Source: an uncultured bacterium
GTDB lineage: Bacteria; Abyssobacteria; SURF-5
Direction of reading: 5' to 3'
Length of the DNA stretch: 64,000 bases
NCBI GenBank assembly: GCA_964607485.1
Contig: CAZSKP010000002.1
Coordinates: 82,520-146,519, forward strand
Part shown: positions 1 to 9,134 of the stretch, one piece after another
How the letters are laid out: every line of letters starts with the position of its first letter
How positions within the stretch are numbered: position 1 is the stretch's first letter
Translations under genes and position numbers: made by a program
The notes under the pieces: generated by a model
Databases searched by the model: none
The model's input: the letters and a program-made list of their open reading frames with translations, nothing else
What the model was told of the DNA's origin: nothing

Positions 1-375
1 CACAAGCCGCGAAATTCGTTCCGGGTGCTGGGCTGCAAATGCCATGGAGACTACCGTCCCATCGTGAGCGCCAATCAAATCAAAATGCTCGATCTGAAGG
101 TCAGCGGCAACGGCACGAAGGTCGGCAACATGGGCTTCCAGCGAAATATCACCAATCCCATGCTGGGACAAACCAACTCCACGACGGTCCATCTGCACAA
201 AGAGGTGTTCCTGGGCCAAGCTTTGGCCGAAGTTGCGGAGTTGGGGATGTTTCCATTCGTGTTCGAGATTACCGCACCACGTAGGGACAAACAGGAGAGG
301 TGCACCCTCACCCGCAACGGCATACGCTATCTGAGTTCCATCAGCGCTGGTGCAGTAGCGAATCTGTGCTTCCAT
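1..375 (-). CDS. Alpha/beta-hydrolase-fold N-terminal domain protein; 3' end runs off the window
   Basis: Absent from the ORF track. Manual translation from the ATG at 375 gives MEAQIRYCTSADGTQIAYAVAGEGAPLLFVPTWCGNLEHEW...MDRRGVGLS...LIGAHDGTVVSMAFAAQHPERISRLV, paralogous to the N-terminus of 455..3610. Confidence 0.88.
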   Translation of the reverse strand, partial: MEAQIRYCTSADGTQIAYAVAGEGAPLLFVPTWCGNLEHEWKHPQLRNFGQSLAQEHLFVQMDRRGVGLSQHGIGDISLEAHVADLRAVAADLQIEHFDLIGAHDGTVVSMAFAAQHPERISRLV

Positions 376-458
376 CAGCCTTCTTCTCGTATCTTATGCA
401 CTACGCCCGTCCCGCGCTTTTCGAGGATCTTCTGGTGGGATGTGGTCTGGCCGATCAT
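375..458 (-). pseudogene. 27-aa mini-ORF, relic of a kinase N-terminus
   Basis: MIGQTTSHQKILEKRGTGVVHKIREEG*, compared with the array consensus MIGTTISHYKILEKLGEGGMGVVYKAE. Its ATG overlaps the upstream stop (ATGA) and its TGA overlaps the downstream ATG (TGATG). Confidence 0.75.
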
Positions 459-3400
459 GTGTCCAGGTTCATCCTCTCAAGCATCTCGATGTATCTCGGA
501 TCCGAGCGAACGGGATCCATCAATTGGTGCACTTTGAGTTGGCTCATGAATGGGTCGCGCATCTCATACCCCTTTTCAAGCCACTGAAACCCTTGATCGT
601 TCTCTCCGAGCGAAAAACATAAACACGCCATGTAAAATGGTGGTGTATATTCCTGGCTCGATCGTTCTGTCAGATCGCTCAGCACGTGCTTTGCTCGATC
701 CTTATCGCCGGTAATCGCATGGAGGCATCCAATAACAGCCTCTGTAGTGAAAGGTGCTCCGACTCTGCCTTTCCTCAGCCTTTTTTCTTCCTGCAATTCC
801 GCCAGTGCTTCTTCATACATTGATTTTCCCATGTATGCTAATCCGAGCACCCCATGGGTATACGTAAAGGCGGGATCCATCTCGACTGTTTTCTTCAATG
901 CTTCTATCGCCCTATCATACTTCCTGGCGAACATGAATATCATGCCGAGATTTCTGTGGAATACAATATGGAGGGGATCGAGTTGAATCGCCCGTTGCAT
1001 CTCATCGATGGCCTTGTTGAACCTCGCCGTGGCCATCAGAAAATTCGCATATATACCATGACCAACAGCATTGCCCGGATTCAACTCCATGGCTCGTTTG
1101 AGTCCCTGCTCTGCACCCTGCCAATCCCAATCATTCAAAGCTTTGATCATTGCCAGGGAGACATGAGCCTCGACAAGTGTGTCGTCAAGCTCCAGCGCTT
1201 TCTGTGCTGCCTCTCTTCCTTTCGTGAACATCTCCCGTGACGGTAATGCCAAATAAAGCGGAAGCGAAAAGTAGAGCTCAGCCAGCCCCGCATACGCTGG
1301 CGCGTAGTTCGGAAATTCTTCAATCGTCCGTTCATAGTACTCGATCGCCTTTTTCACGCCTTCATCCGTCCGCTTGCCCCAGAAATAGCGGGCCTTCAGA
1401 TACAAATTATAGGCGTCAAGATCCACGGTCCGGCGCTTCCCAAAATGTGCCTTGTCTTTTCCCAGCAGTTTGACCTTGAGCATGTCAACAATTGCCAGCG
1501 TGATCTCGTCCTGAATGGCGAACACGTCGTCCATCTCTCTGTCTAATCGTTCGGACCACAGGTGATAACCATCAGCCACTTTGACAAGCTGAGCTGTTAT
1601 TCGCAGCCTGTTTCCTGCTTTTTGAATGCTTCCCTCTAATACAGTTCCGACACCAAGCTTCCTTCCGATTTCGCGGATGTCAAGGCTCTGACCTTTAAAC
1701 GAAAATGCAGAGGTGCGGGCGATGACTTTCAAATCGCGGAGCTGCGTCAGTTCATTGATGAGCGATTCGGAGATGCCATCGCAGAAGTATTCCTGGTCTT
1801 TCGCCGGGCTCATGTCGACGAACGGCAGGACTGCAATCGACGGGCTAGGCTTCTCGCGTGTCTCTATCTTCGGCGCCGCACCCGCCCTGATCGCTCTCAG
1901 GTCTGAAAGCAAAGCCGCCGCATCCTCATATCGTTCCTGAGGATTCTTTTGGAGCATCTTGCGGATCGACTGTTCCAAAGCAGGCGGAATATCGCTCCGC
2001 AATTTCGATACCGGTTCCGGCTCCTCATAGATGATCTTATGAATCACGGCGGCATCGGATGGAGCGTCGAAGGGGGGATTTCCGGTCAGCATCTTGTAGA
2101 GCACCACACCCAGCGACCAGATGTCGGTGCGGTTATCAATTGTAGCTTCACCGCTCGCCTGTTCGGGCGACATGTAAGCCACCGTGCCCATAATGGTGGC
2201 GGTCTTTGTCAATCTTGTTCGTCCGGCTAGTTTGGCAAGACCGAAATCCATAATCTTTACCTGGCCCCTACTCGTTATCATTATGTTCGCGCTTTTTATG
2301 TCGCGGTGGATAATTCCCTTTTCGTGTGCTTCTCTGAGACCCTCGGCAATTTCTATCGCAATATCGATTGCTTCTTGTGTCTCAAGAACGCCGGCTCCGA
2401 CTTTCTCCTCCAGGCTTTGTCCATCGACATAGGGCATGGCGATGAATGTGTGCCCTTCGGCTTCATCAATTTCATAGACAGTACAGATGTTCGGATAGTC
2501 CAATGCCGCCGCAGCTTGCGCTTCGAGGATGAATCGGGTCTTATCCTCGTCGGTGCCCATCATTTGCGGGGTGAAAAACTTCAGTGCAATGGTGCGTTTG
2601 AGCTTTGTATCCTCGGCCTTATACACCACCCCCATCCCGCCCTCGCCGAGCTTTCCGAGAATCCTGTAATGAGAGATGACTTCTCCAACCATGTCCTTTT
2701 CGATGAGGCTCTGCGGCCGCGCCGGCATTCTGGCAGATTGCCGGTGCTTCCTTTCGTTCTCAAGAACCTCTTGGATGAATCTGTCGATTTCTATTCCCAT
2801 AGTCAGCAGTTCGGGCTCATGCGGCAGGATGGCGTGATTATTTCCTTCCAGCGGGAGAAAACGGGCGCCGGGTATTGTGGTGGCAAGCTCTCGGCCCAAT
2901 TCGAACGGCACGATACCATCGCCCTTACGATGGATGACCAAAGTGGGAACGCTGACTTTGGGGAGGAGATCCCTCACATCGACATTTATTTTTTCGGCGA
3001 AAAGCGCTGCGGCGGTCTCGGCAGAAGTGGAGGCCCGCTGCATCTCATTGAACTCACGAATCGAATCTCCGTCGGCCTCGGGCATGAACAGGCCGGTGAA
3101 CATCTGCCGAAATGCTGGATTGTCTCTGCCCCATCCATGCCGCATAAGGGTAAGCATGGCCTCGAATTGCGCTCGCCCTTCTGCTGTGTCCAAATCCAGC
3201 CCCGCAGGCTTCAGGCGCGCATATGAGCCATACAGCACAATATGGGTAACCCTTTCGGGATGGCGCACGGCGTAAGTGATTGCCGTGGGTCCTCCCTGTG
3301 AGATACCACTGAGACCGAATCGCTCGATACCCACGGCGTCCACAACAGCCTCAAGGTCGCGCACATGGGCTTCAAGCGAGAAATCGCTCACCTTATGGTC

Positions 3401-3610
3401 CGAGAGCCCCATCCCGCGCCCATCGTAACGGACATTGAGATACTGGGAGGCTGCAACTTCCAAAAGTGGACGCCAATACTGGCTTTTCCACTCATACTCA
3501 AGGTGGGTGAACCAACCCAGCACACGTATGATTGGCGGGCCCTCACCTACAACCGCATAGGCAATGCGCACACCGTCTGAAGTCGTGCAGAAGCGGATCT
3601 GCTGTTCCAT
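455..3610 (-). CDS. Alpha/beta hydrolase - Ser/Thr kinase - TolB_N-like - TPR fusion protein
   Basis: Hydrolase GISQG elbow and GNNH. Kinase motifs GEGGMGVVY, ALK, HRDIKSAN, DFG, YMSPE. SIAVLPFVDMS...DGISESLINELT domain followed by TPRs. Confidence 0.93.
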   Translation of the reverse strand: MEQQIRFCTTSDGVRIAYAVVGEGPPIIRVLGWFTHLEYEWKSQYWRPLLEVAASQYLNVRYDGRGMGLSDHKVSDFSLEAHVRDLEAVVDAVGIERFGLSGISQGGPTAITYAVRHPERVTHIVLYGSYARLKPAGLDLDTAEGRAQFEAMLTLMRHGWGRDNPAFRQMFTGLFMPEADGDSIREFNEMQRASTSAETAAALFAEKINVDVRDLLPKVSVPTLVIHRKGDGIVPFELGRELATTIPGARFLPLEGNNHAILPHEPELLTMGIEIDRFIQEVLENERKHRQSARMPARPQSLIEKDMVGEVISHYRILGKLGEGGMGVVYKAEDTKLKRTIALKFFTPQMMGTDEDKTRFILEAQAAAALDYPNICTVYEIDEAEGHTFIAMPYVDGQSLEEKVGAGVLETQEAIDIAIEIAEGLREAHEKGIIHRDIKSANIMITSRGQVKIMDFGLAKLAGRTRLTKTATIMGTVAYMSPEQASGEATIDNRTDIWSLGVVLYKMLTGNPPFDAPSDAAVIHKIIYEEPEPVSKLRSDIPPALEQSIRKMLQKNPQERYEDAAALLSDLRAIRAGAAPKIETREKPSPSIAVLPFVDMSPAKDQEYFCDGISESLINELTQLRDLKVIARTSAFSFKGQSLDIREIGRKLGVGTVLEGSIQKAGNRLRITAQLVKVADGYHLWSERLDREMDDVFAIQDEITLAIVDMLKVKLLGKDKAHFGKRRTVDLDAYNLYLKARYFWGKRTDEGVKKAIEYYERTIEEFPNYAPAYAGLAELYFSLPLYLALPSREMFTKGREAAQKALELDDTLVEAHVSLAMIKALNDWDWQGAEQGLKRAMELNPGNAVGHGIYANFLMATARFNKAIDEMQRAIQLDPLHIVFHRNLGMIFMFARKYDRAIEALKKTVEMDPAFTYTHGVLGLAYMGKSMYEEALAELQEEKRLRKGRVGAPFTTEAVIGCLHAITGDKDRAKHVLSDLTERSSQEYTPPFYMACLCFSLGENDQGFQWLEKGYEMRDPFMSQLKVHQLMDPVRSDPRYIEMLERMNLDT

Positions 3611-3673
3611 CTATATCCCGCCCTCATTGAGCTTTTCGAGGATTTTGTAGTGGGATATGGTCTAGCCGATCAT
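3611..3673 (-). pseudogene. Relic kinase N-terminus with two in-frame TAG stops
   Basis: Reads MIG*TISHYKILEKLNEGGI* and continues directly, in frame, into the ATG of 455..3610. Confidence 0.78.
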
Positions 3674-6063
3674 TTGTCCAGGCCCATGTTTTGCAGCATC
3701 TCATCGCATCTGGGGTCAGAGCGAATGCTGTCGAATGTTCTTTCGATTTTGAGGTAACGGAGGAAGAAGTCGCGCTTTTCATATGCTTTTTGCAGCCACT
3801 CAAAGCCCTTCTCTTTCTCGCCCAGGACGAGGTAGAGCCTTGCCATCCCCGACGGAGGGACATACCCTTTCTCCAAGTGTTTCAGCAAATCGTCCAGCGC
3901 TTCCCGCGCTTTGTCTTCCTGGCCGGCATACGCATAGGCGATCCCGATCCACGTTGCCACGACGGGATTCCAGCCTTTCGACAGGGCCTCCTCTTTCTTG
4001 AAGGCTTCCAAGGCCTCTTCGGGCATCGACTTTCCCAGATAGGTCAGACCGAGGTCGAGATGCGTATAGATGTAGTTCGGGTCCATCTCGATCGTCTTCT
4101 GTATAGCGTCGAGCGCACGGTCATACTCGCCTGCGTAGTAATACACGTGCCCGACCGTCCTGTTGGTCACGAGGGATAGCGGGTCCAAGTCGCGGGCCGT
4201 TTGTATCTCATCTATGGCCTCGTCGAACCGTCCGGTAAGAAGCAGCACGAATGCGTACCAGCGGTGCGCGATCGCATAGCCGGGATTCAGCTCGATGGCT
4301 CGCTTGCATTCCGCTTCGGCGCCTTCCCAGTCCCATTCGTAATTCATTTTTATCCAGGCCAGTGAGGCGTGCGCCTCGGCAAGCGTATTGTCGATCTCCA
4401 GCGCTTTTTCAACCGCCGCCTTCGCCTTCACATATGCCTCTTTGGGCGAAAACGTGCTGTAAAGCGGGAGATTCATGTAGGCGTCGGCCATGCCGGCATA
4501 GGCCGGAGCATAGTCCGGCGCTTTCTCTATCGCCTGCTCGAAATATCTGATTCCATCCTGCAGCCCTTCCGCCGTCATCTTGTTCCAGAACCAGCGCCCC
4601 TTCAGGTAGAGCTTGTAAGCTTCAATATCCACGGTCGGACGGCCCGCGAATCTGGCCTGCTCTCCTCCCAGGAGCTTGACCTTCAGCTTGTCCACAATCG
4701 TCAGGGTGATCTCGTCCTGAATCGCAAAGATGTCTGCCATGCCGCGGTCGTATCGTGCGGACCAGAGATGGTAACCGTCGGCCACGTTGACGAGCTGTGC
4801 CGTCACCCGCAGTCGATCTCCCACTTTGCGCACGCTGCCTTCCAGCACCGTTTCCACATTCAATTCCCTGCCGATGTCGCGAATGTCGCGTTTCTCGCCC
4901 TTGAACGAAAAGGCCGACGTCCGGGCAACCACGTGCAGGCCCTTGAGCTGGGTTAACGCGTTAATGAGTTCCTCCGCCAATCCGTCACAGAAGTACTCCT
5001 GGTCTCGTTCCGCGCTCATATCGACGAAGGGCAAGACGGCGATGGAAGGCAAACGGTCCGCTGCCGGCGTACGCGCTCCGGCGGCAGGCGGGGCGGGCTC
5101 GGACTTCGGGAGGAGAAGAACGGCCGCGGCGACCAGGCAGGCCAAAACGATAACGATGGCCGCGGCGACCACAATTCGCCTCGAGAATTTCGGTTTTGCG
5201 ATCCTTATCGTTCCCGTGCTCGGGCGCTTCTTGGTGATGCCGGCTCGTGTCTGCGGGTCCTGGAGAAGGCGAAGATCCTCAAGGAATTCACGGACGCTCG
5301 CATATCGGTCTTCCTTGTCCTTGGCCATTGCCCGGGCCACAACGGCGTCCAGCTCGGGAGGCAAACCCGGTTTAGCAGGACTCAGAGTGGCCGGTTCCTC
5401 GTTGATGATTTTGTAGATTACCGAAGCGGGATTATTTCCCGTGAAGGGGGTCTCCCCCGTGAGCATCTCGTAAAGCACGACCCCCAGCGACCAGATGTCG
5501 GTGCGCTCGTCCGTGGCTTCGCCGCGTGTCTGCTCCGGAGACATATATTCCACCGTGCCCATGATCGTGGGCACTTTGGTGAGCCTCGTTCGACCGGCCA
5601 ATTTGGCCAGTCCGAAATCCATGATCCGGGCCCGGCCCTTTTCGGTTATCATGATATTGGCGCTCTTTATGTCGCGGTGGATGATGCCCTTCTCATGCGC
5701 CTCCTGCAAGCCTTCGGCCACTTGGATGGCAATGTCCAGCGCCTCGTCCTGAGCCAGTGGACCGGACCTCAGTTTTTCCTCCAGATTCTGCCCGTCGACA
5801 TAGGCCATCGCAATGAACGTCTGTCCCTCGGCCTCATCGATTTCGTATAGAGTGCAGATGTTGGAATGATCCAGCGCGGCCGCGGACTGCGCTTCATAGA
5901 CAAATCGCATCCTTTCTTCTTCGTTGCCCAGGCTTTGAGGAGAGAGGAATTTTATCGCGACCGTCCTCTTAAGCTTCGTATCCTCGGCCTTATACACCAC
6001 GCCCATTCCGCCCTTGCCGAGCTTTTCAAGGATTTTGTAATGGGATATGGTTTTGCCGACCAT
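3670..6063 (-). CDS. Ser/Thr kinase - TM - TolB_N-like - TPR protein
   Basis: All kinase motifs present, then hydrophobic IVVAAAIVIVLACLVAAAVLLL, SIAVLPF domain and TPRs. Start set at MVGKTISHY (6063) by homology; the ORF track extends to 6099. Confidence 0.92.
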   Translation of the reverse strand: MVGKTISHYKILEKLGKGGMGVVYKAEDTKLKRTVAIKFLSPQSLGNEEERMRFVYEAQSAAALDHSNICTLYEIDEAEGQTFIAMAYVDGQNLEEKLRSGPLAQDEALDIAIQVAEGLQEAHEKGIIHRDIKSANIMITEKGRARIMDFGLAKLAGRTRLTKVPTIMGTVEYMSPEQTRGEATDERTDIWSLGVVLYEMLTGETPFTGNNPASVIYKIINEEPATLSPAKPGLPPELDAVVARAMAKDKEDRYASVREFLEDLRLLQDPQTRAGITKKRPSTGTIRIAKPKFSRRIVVAAAIVIVLACLVAAAVLLLPKSEPAPPAAGARTPAADRLPSIAVLPFVDMSAERDQEYFCDGLAEELINALTQLKGLHVVARTSAFSFKGEKRDIRDIGRELNVETVLEGSVRKVGDRLRVTAQLVNVADGYHLWSARYDRGMADIFAIQDEITLTIVDKLKVKLLGGEQARFAGRPTVDIEAYKLYLKGRWFWNKMTAEGLQDGIRYFEQAIEKAPDYAPAYAGMADAYMNLPLYSTFSPKEAYVKAKAAVEKALEIDNTLAEAHASLAWIKMNYEWDWEGAEAECKRAIELNPGYAIAHRWYAFVLLLTGRFDEAIDEIQTARDLDPLSLVTNRTVGHVYYYAGEYDRALDAIQKTIEMDPNYIYTHLDLGLTYLGKSMPEEALEAFKKEEALSKGWNPVVATWIGIAYAYAGQEDKAREALDDLLKHLEKGYVPPSGMARLYLVLGEKEKGFEWLQKAYEKRDFFLRYLKIERTFDSIRSDPRCDEMLQNMGLDK

Positions 6064-6105
6064 TTGTTCGGGCCTATCTCTATAGGCAGCGCGGGCCATA
6101 CTTCA

Positions 6106-6915
6106 TTATGATTTCACGCGCCTCAAGTCGGAGATTACTTCTGCCATGCTTTTGTGCCGGTCTTCGCTGTCCTTCGCCATCATCTTACGGACACAGATTT
6201 CCAATGTCTCAGGCACATCTTTTCGCAGCCTCCGTATCCTGACGGGCTCATCCTTTGTGATTGACTTTATCATCTCGCCCACGTTGCGACCCGTGAACGG
6301 ATGCGTGCCGGTCAGCATCCGATACATCACAACACCCAGCGACCAGATGTCTGTCCCGTAGCTAACAGGCTCGCCGACGGCTTGCTCGGGCGACATGAAG
6401 GGAACCGTGCCCAGAATTGCACGGGGCTTCGTGATGTCCTCCTTTTCGAGGGGTTTCGATAATCCGAAATCCAGAATCTTTACGACTCCTTCTTCATTGA
6501 TCATGATGTTGCCGTCTTTGATGTCCCGGTGAATAATCTTCTTCTTGTGCGCCGCGTTCAAACCTCGTGCAGTCTGAAGTCCGATGCTGAGCGCTTCCTT
6601 TATGTCGAGCGGGCCCAGTTTGGTCATCTCACTGAGACTCCGGCCTTCAACATAAGCCATGGCTATGAATGTGTGACCTTCCACGGCATCGACTTCATAG
6701 ACGGTGCAGATGTTGGGATGATCCAGTTGCGCAACGGTCTGCGCCTCGCGCAAGAACCTCAGTCGCGCCTTTGGGTTCTTGAGCAGCTTCTCCGACATAA
6801 TCTTGATGGCAACCGTCCTCTCCAGCCTCACGTCTTTCGCCTTGTAGACAGTGCTCCTGCCGCCGTCGCCGAGTTTCTCGATGATTTTGTAGCGTGATAT
6901 GGTCTTTCCGATCAT
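6106..6915 (-). CDS. Stand-alone Ser/Thr kinase domain with a divergent Gly-rich loop
   Basis: GDGGRSTVY, AIK, HRDIKDGN, DFG, FMSPE. The protein ends right after the kinase domain. Confidence 0.88.
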   Translation of the reverse strand: MIGKTISRYKIIEKLGDGGRSTVYKAKDVRLERTVAIKIMSEKLLKNPKARLRFLREAQTVAQLDHPNICTVYEVDAVEGHTFIAMAYVEGRSLSEMTKLGPLDIKEALSIGLQTARGLNAAHKKKIIHRDIKDGNIMINEEGVVKILDFGLSKPLEKEDITKPRAILGTVPFMSPEQAVGEPVSYGTDIWSLGVVMYRMLTGTHPFTGRNVGEMIKSITKDEPVRIRRLRKDVPETLEICVRKMMAKDSEDRHKSMAEVISDLRRVKS

Positions 6916-9134
6916 TTGTCCAGTCCAATTTTCTTGAGGATTTCAATGTATCTGGGATCATGGCGCAAGTCAAGAATGTCCACGAAGGGGTGCACTTTGA
7001 GATAGCAGAGGTAAACATCGCGTTCCTCATATGCCTTGTCCAGCCACTCAAAACCCCGGTCATTCTCACCAAGGAATAAAGACAAGAACCCCAGAAAGAA
7101 AGACGGCACATATTTTCGTCTTGATTGTTCCACCAGGCCTTCCAGCGCTTGCTGGAGCCCCTCTCTATTACCCATCATGCCCCATGTAAGGCCAACCCAT
7201 GTCTCCACAAGTGGGTCCAGTCCAGTCGCACTCTCTTTCTCTTTTTGGAATTCCGACATTGCTTCTTTATACATCGACTTGATCCAATATGCTATCCCGA
7301 GCAAGAAGTGTGTAATGCTGTAGTCCGGATACAGTTCGCTGGTTCTCGTCAGCACATCAATTGCCATATCGGGTTCGCGCGCAAACCAGAACAGAATAGC
7401 CGCGTCCCTGTTGACGAAGGGAGAAAGCGGATCCAGTTGGAGAGCCCACTTCATTTCTGCCATCGCTTCCTCTAGTCGGCCCGTGTACATCAAATTGAAG
7501 GCATAGTCCGAATGGGAGAGTGCATTGCCGGGGTTGAGGTCCAGGGCTTGCCTGAACTCCTTGTCGGCGCCTTCCCAGTCCCAGTCGTACAGCTGTTTGA
7601 TCATTCCCAGCGATTCATGTGCTTCGCCGAGAGTGTCATCCAGTTCGAGCGCCTTGAGGGCCGTCTTCCGCGCTTTCGGGAAAACTTCCTTCGGCGCGAA
7701 ACCGAAGAATGAAAGCGCTCCCTGTGATATAGCAAGGCTGGCAAAGGCTGCTGCATAGTCCGGCTTCTCTTCTGTTGCCCGCTCGAAATATCCGATTGCG
7801 GTCTCTAAATCGCTTCTTGTCATCCTATTCATATACCAGCGGCCTTTCAGATACAAGTTATAGGCTTCAAGGCCCACAGTATGGCGTCTGGCAAGTTTCG
7901 CTTTCTCCTCTCCTAGGAGCCTGGGCTTCAATTTATCCACTATCGCCGACGCTATTCCATCTTGGATCGCAAAAATATCATCCATTTCCCGGTCGTATCG
8001 TTCCGACCATAGGTGGCGACCACGGGTAGTTTCGACAAGCTGTGCAGTTATCCTCAACCTGTTGCCTGCTTTCCGCACGCTCCCTTCTAGCACGTTTTGC
8101 ACATCCAATTCCCTGCCAATGTCACGAACATTCACGTTCTTACCCTTGAATGAGAAGGCGGATGTCCTGGCAATAACGTGCAAGTCTTCAAGCTGGGTCA
8201 ACGCATTGATGAGCTCCTCTGCCAGACCATCACAGAAATATTCCTGCTCCGGGTCCGCGCTCATGTTGACGAAGGGAAGAACAGCAATGGAAGGAGAGGA
8301 TTTGCCTGCCATACTCACCATCCTTGATTTTGCGGTTCGAAGATCAAAAAGCAATGTCCGCATGTCCTCATGCCGCTCCCGAGGATTTTTTTGTAGCATT
8401 TTCCGGATTATGTTTTCCAATCCAGACGAGATGTCGTTCCGCAATTTCGATATCGGCGTCAGTTCTTCATAGATAATCTTATGAATCAGCGCGGCGTCCG
8501 ACGGGGCATCGAAGGGTGGATACCCGGTGAGCATTTTGTAGAGCACTACGCCCAATGACCAGATGTCGGTGCGGTGGTCGATGGCCGTTTCCCCGCTGGC
8601 CTGCTCGGGCGACATGTAGGCCACCGTACCCATGATGGTGGATGTCTTGGTTAGCCGTGTGCGTCCCGCAAGCTTCGCGAGACCGAAGTCCATGATTCTT
8701 GCCTGGCCATCTTCGGTCACCATGATGTTCGCCGATTTGATGTCTCTGTGAATAATTCCTTTCTTGTGCGCTTCCGTCAGCCCTTCGGCAACCTGCATCG
8801 CAATATCGAGCGCTTCATGAACTTCAAGAACGCCGGATTCAACTTTCTCTTCCAGGCTCTGGCCATCCACATACGCCATGGCAATAAATGTTCCTTCATC
8901 CGCTTCATCAATTTCATATACGGTGCAGATGTTCGGGTGGTCGAGTTTGGCGGCAGCCTTCGCCTCAAGGATAAAACGGGCCTTATCTTCCTCGGAACCT
9001 ATCGCCTGCGGCGTGAGAAACTTTAGGGCAACCGTCCGCTCCAGCTTCGTATCCTCAGCCTTATACACCACACCCATCCCGCCTTCGCCGAGCTTTTCGA
9101 GGATCTTGTAGTGGGATATGGTTGTGCCGATCAT
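6912..9134 (-). CDS. Ser/Thr kinase - TolB_N-like - TPR protein (no TM)
   Basis: Kinase motifs, SIAVLPFVNMS, TPRs, C-terminal DPRY...GLDK. Confidence 0.93.
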   Translation of the reverse strand: MIGTTISHYKILEKLGEGGMGVVYKAEDTKLERTVALKFLTPQAIGSEEDKARFILEAKAAAKLDHPNICTVYEIDEADEGTFIAMAYVDGQSLEEKVESGVLEVHEALDIAMQVAEGLTEAHKKGIIHRDIKSANIMVTEDGQARIMDFGLAKLAGRTRLTKTSTIMGTVAYMSPEQASGETAIDHRTDIWSLGVVLYKMLTGYPPFDAPSDAALIHKIIYEELTPISKLRNDISSGLENIIRKMLQKNPRERHEDMRTLLFDLRTAKSRMVSMAGKSSPSIAVLPFVNMSADPEQEYFCDGLAEELINALTQLEDLHVIARTSAFSFKGKNVNVRDIGRELDVQNVLEGSVRKAGNRLRITAQLVETTRGRHLWSERYDREMDDIFAIQDGIASAIVDKLKPRLLGEEKAKLARRHTVGLEAYNLYLKGRWYMNRMTRSDLETAIGYFERATEEKPDYAAAFASLAISQGALSFFGFAPKEVFPKARKTALKALELDDTLGEAHESLGMIKQLYDWDWEGADKEFRQALDLNPGNALSHSDYAFNLMYTGRLEEAMAEMKWALQLDPLSPFVNRDAAILFWFAREPDMAIDVLTRTSELYPDYSITHFLLGIAYWIKSMYKEAMSEFQKEKESATGLDPLVETWVGLTWGMMGNREGLQQALEGLVEQSRRKYVPSFFLGFLSLFLGENDRGFEWLDKAYEERDVYLCYLKVHPFVDILDLRHDPRYIEILKKIGLDK

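Noticed and set aside
3611-3673. Pyrrolysine or amber readthrough extending the hydrolase-kinase gene
   Set aside because: TAG is a normal stop for other genes here, there are no pyl genes in the window, and decay explains the stops more simply.
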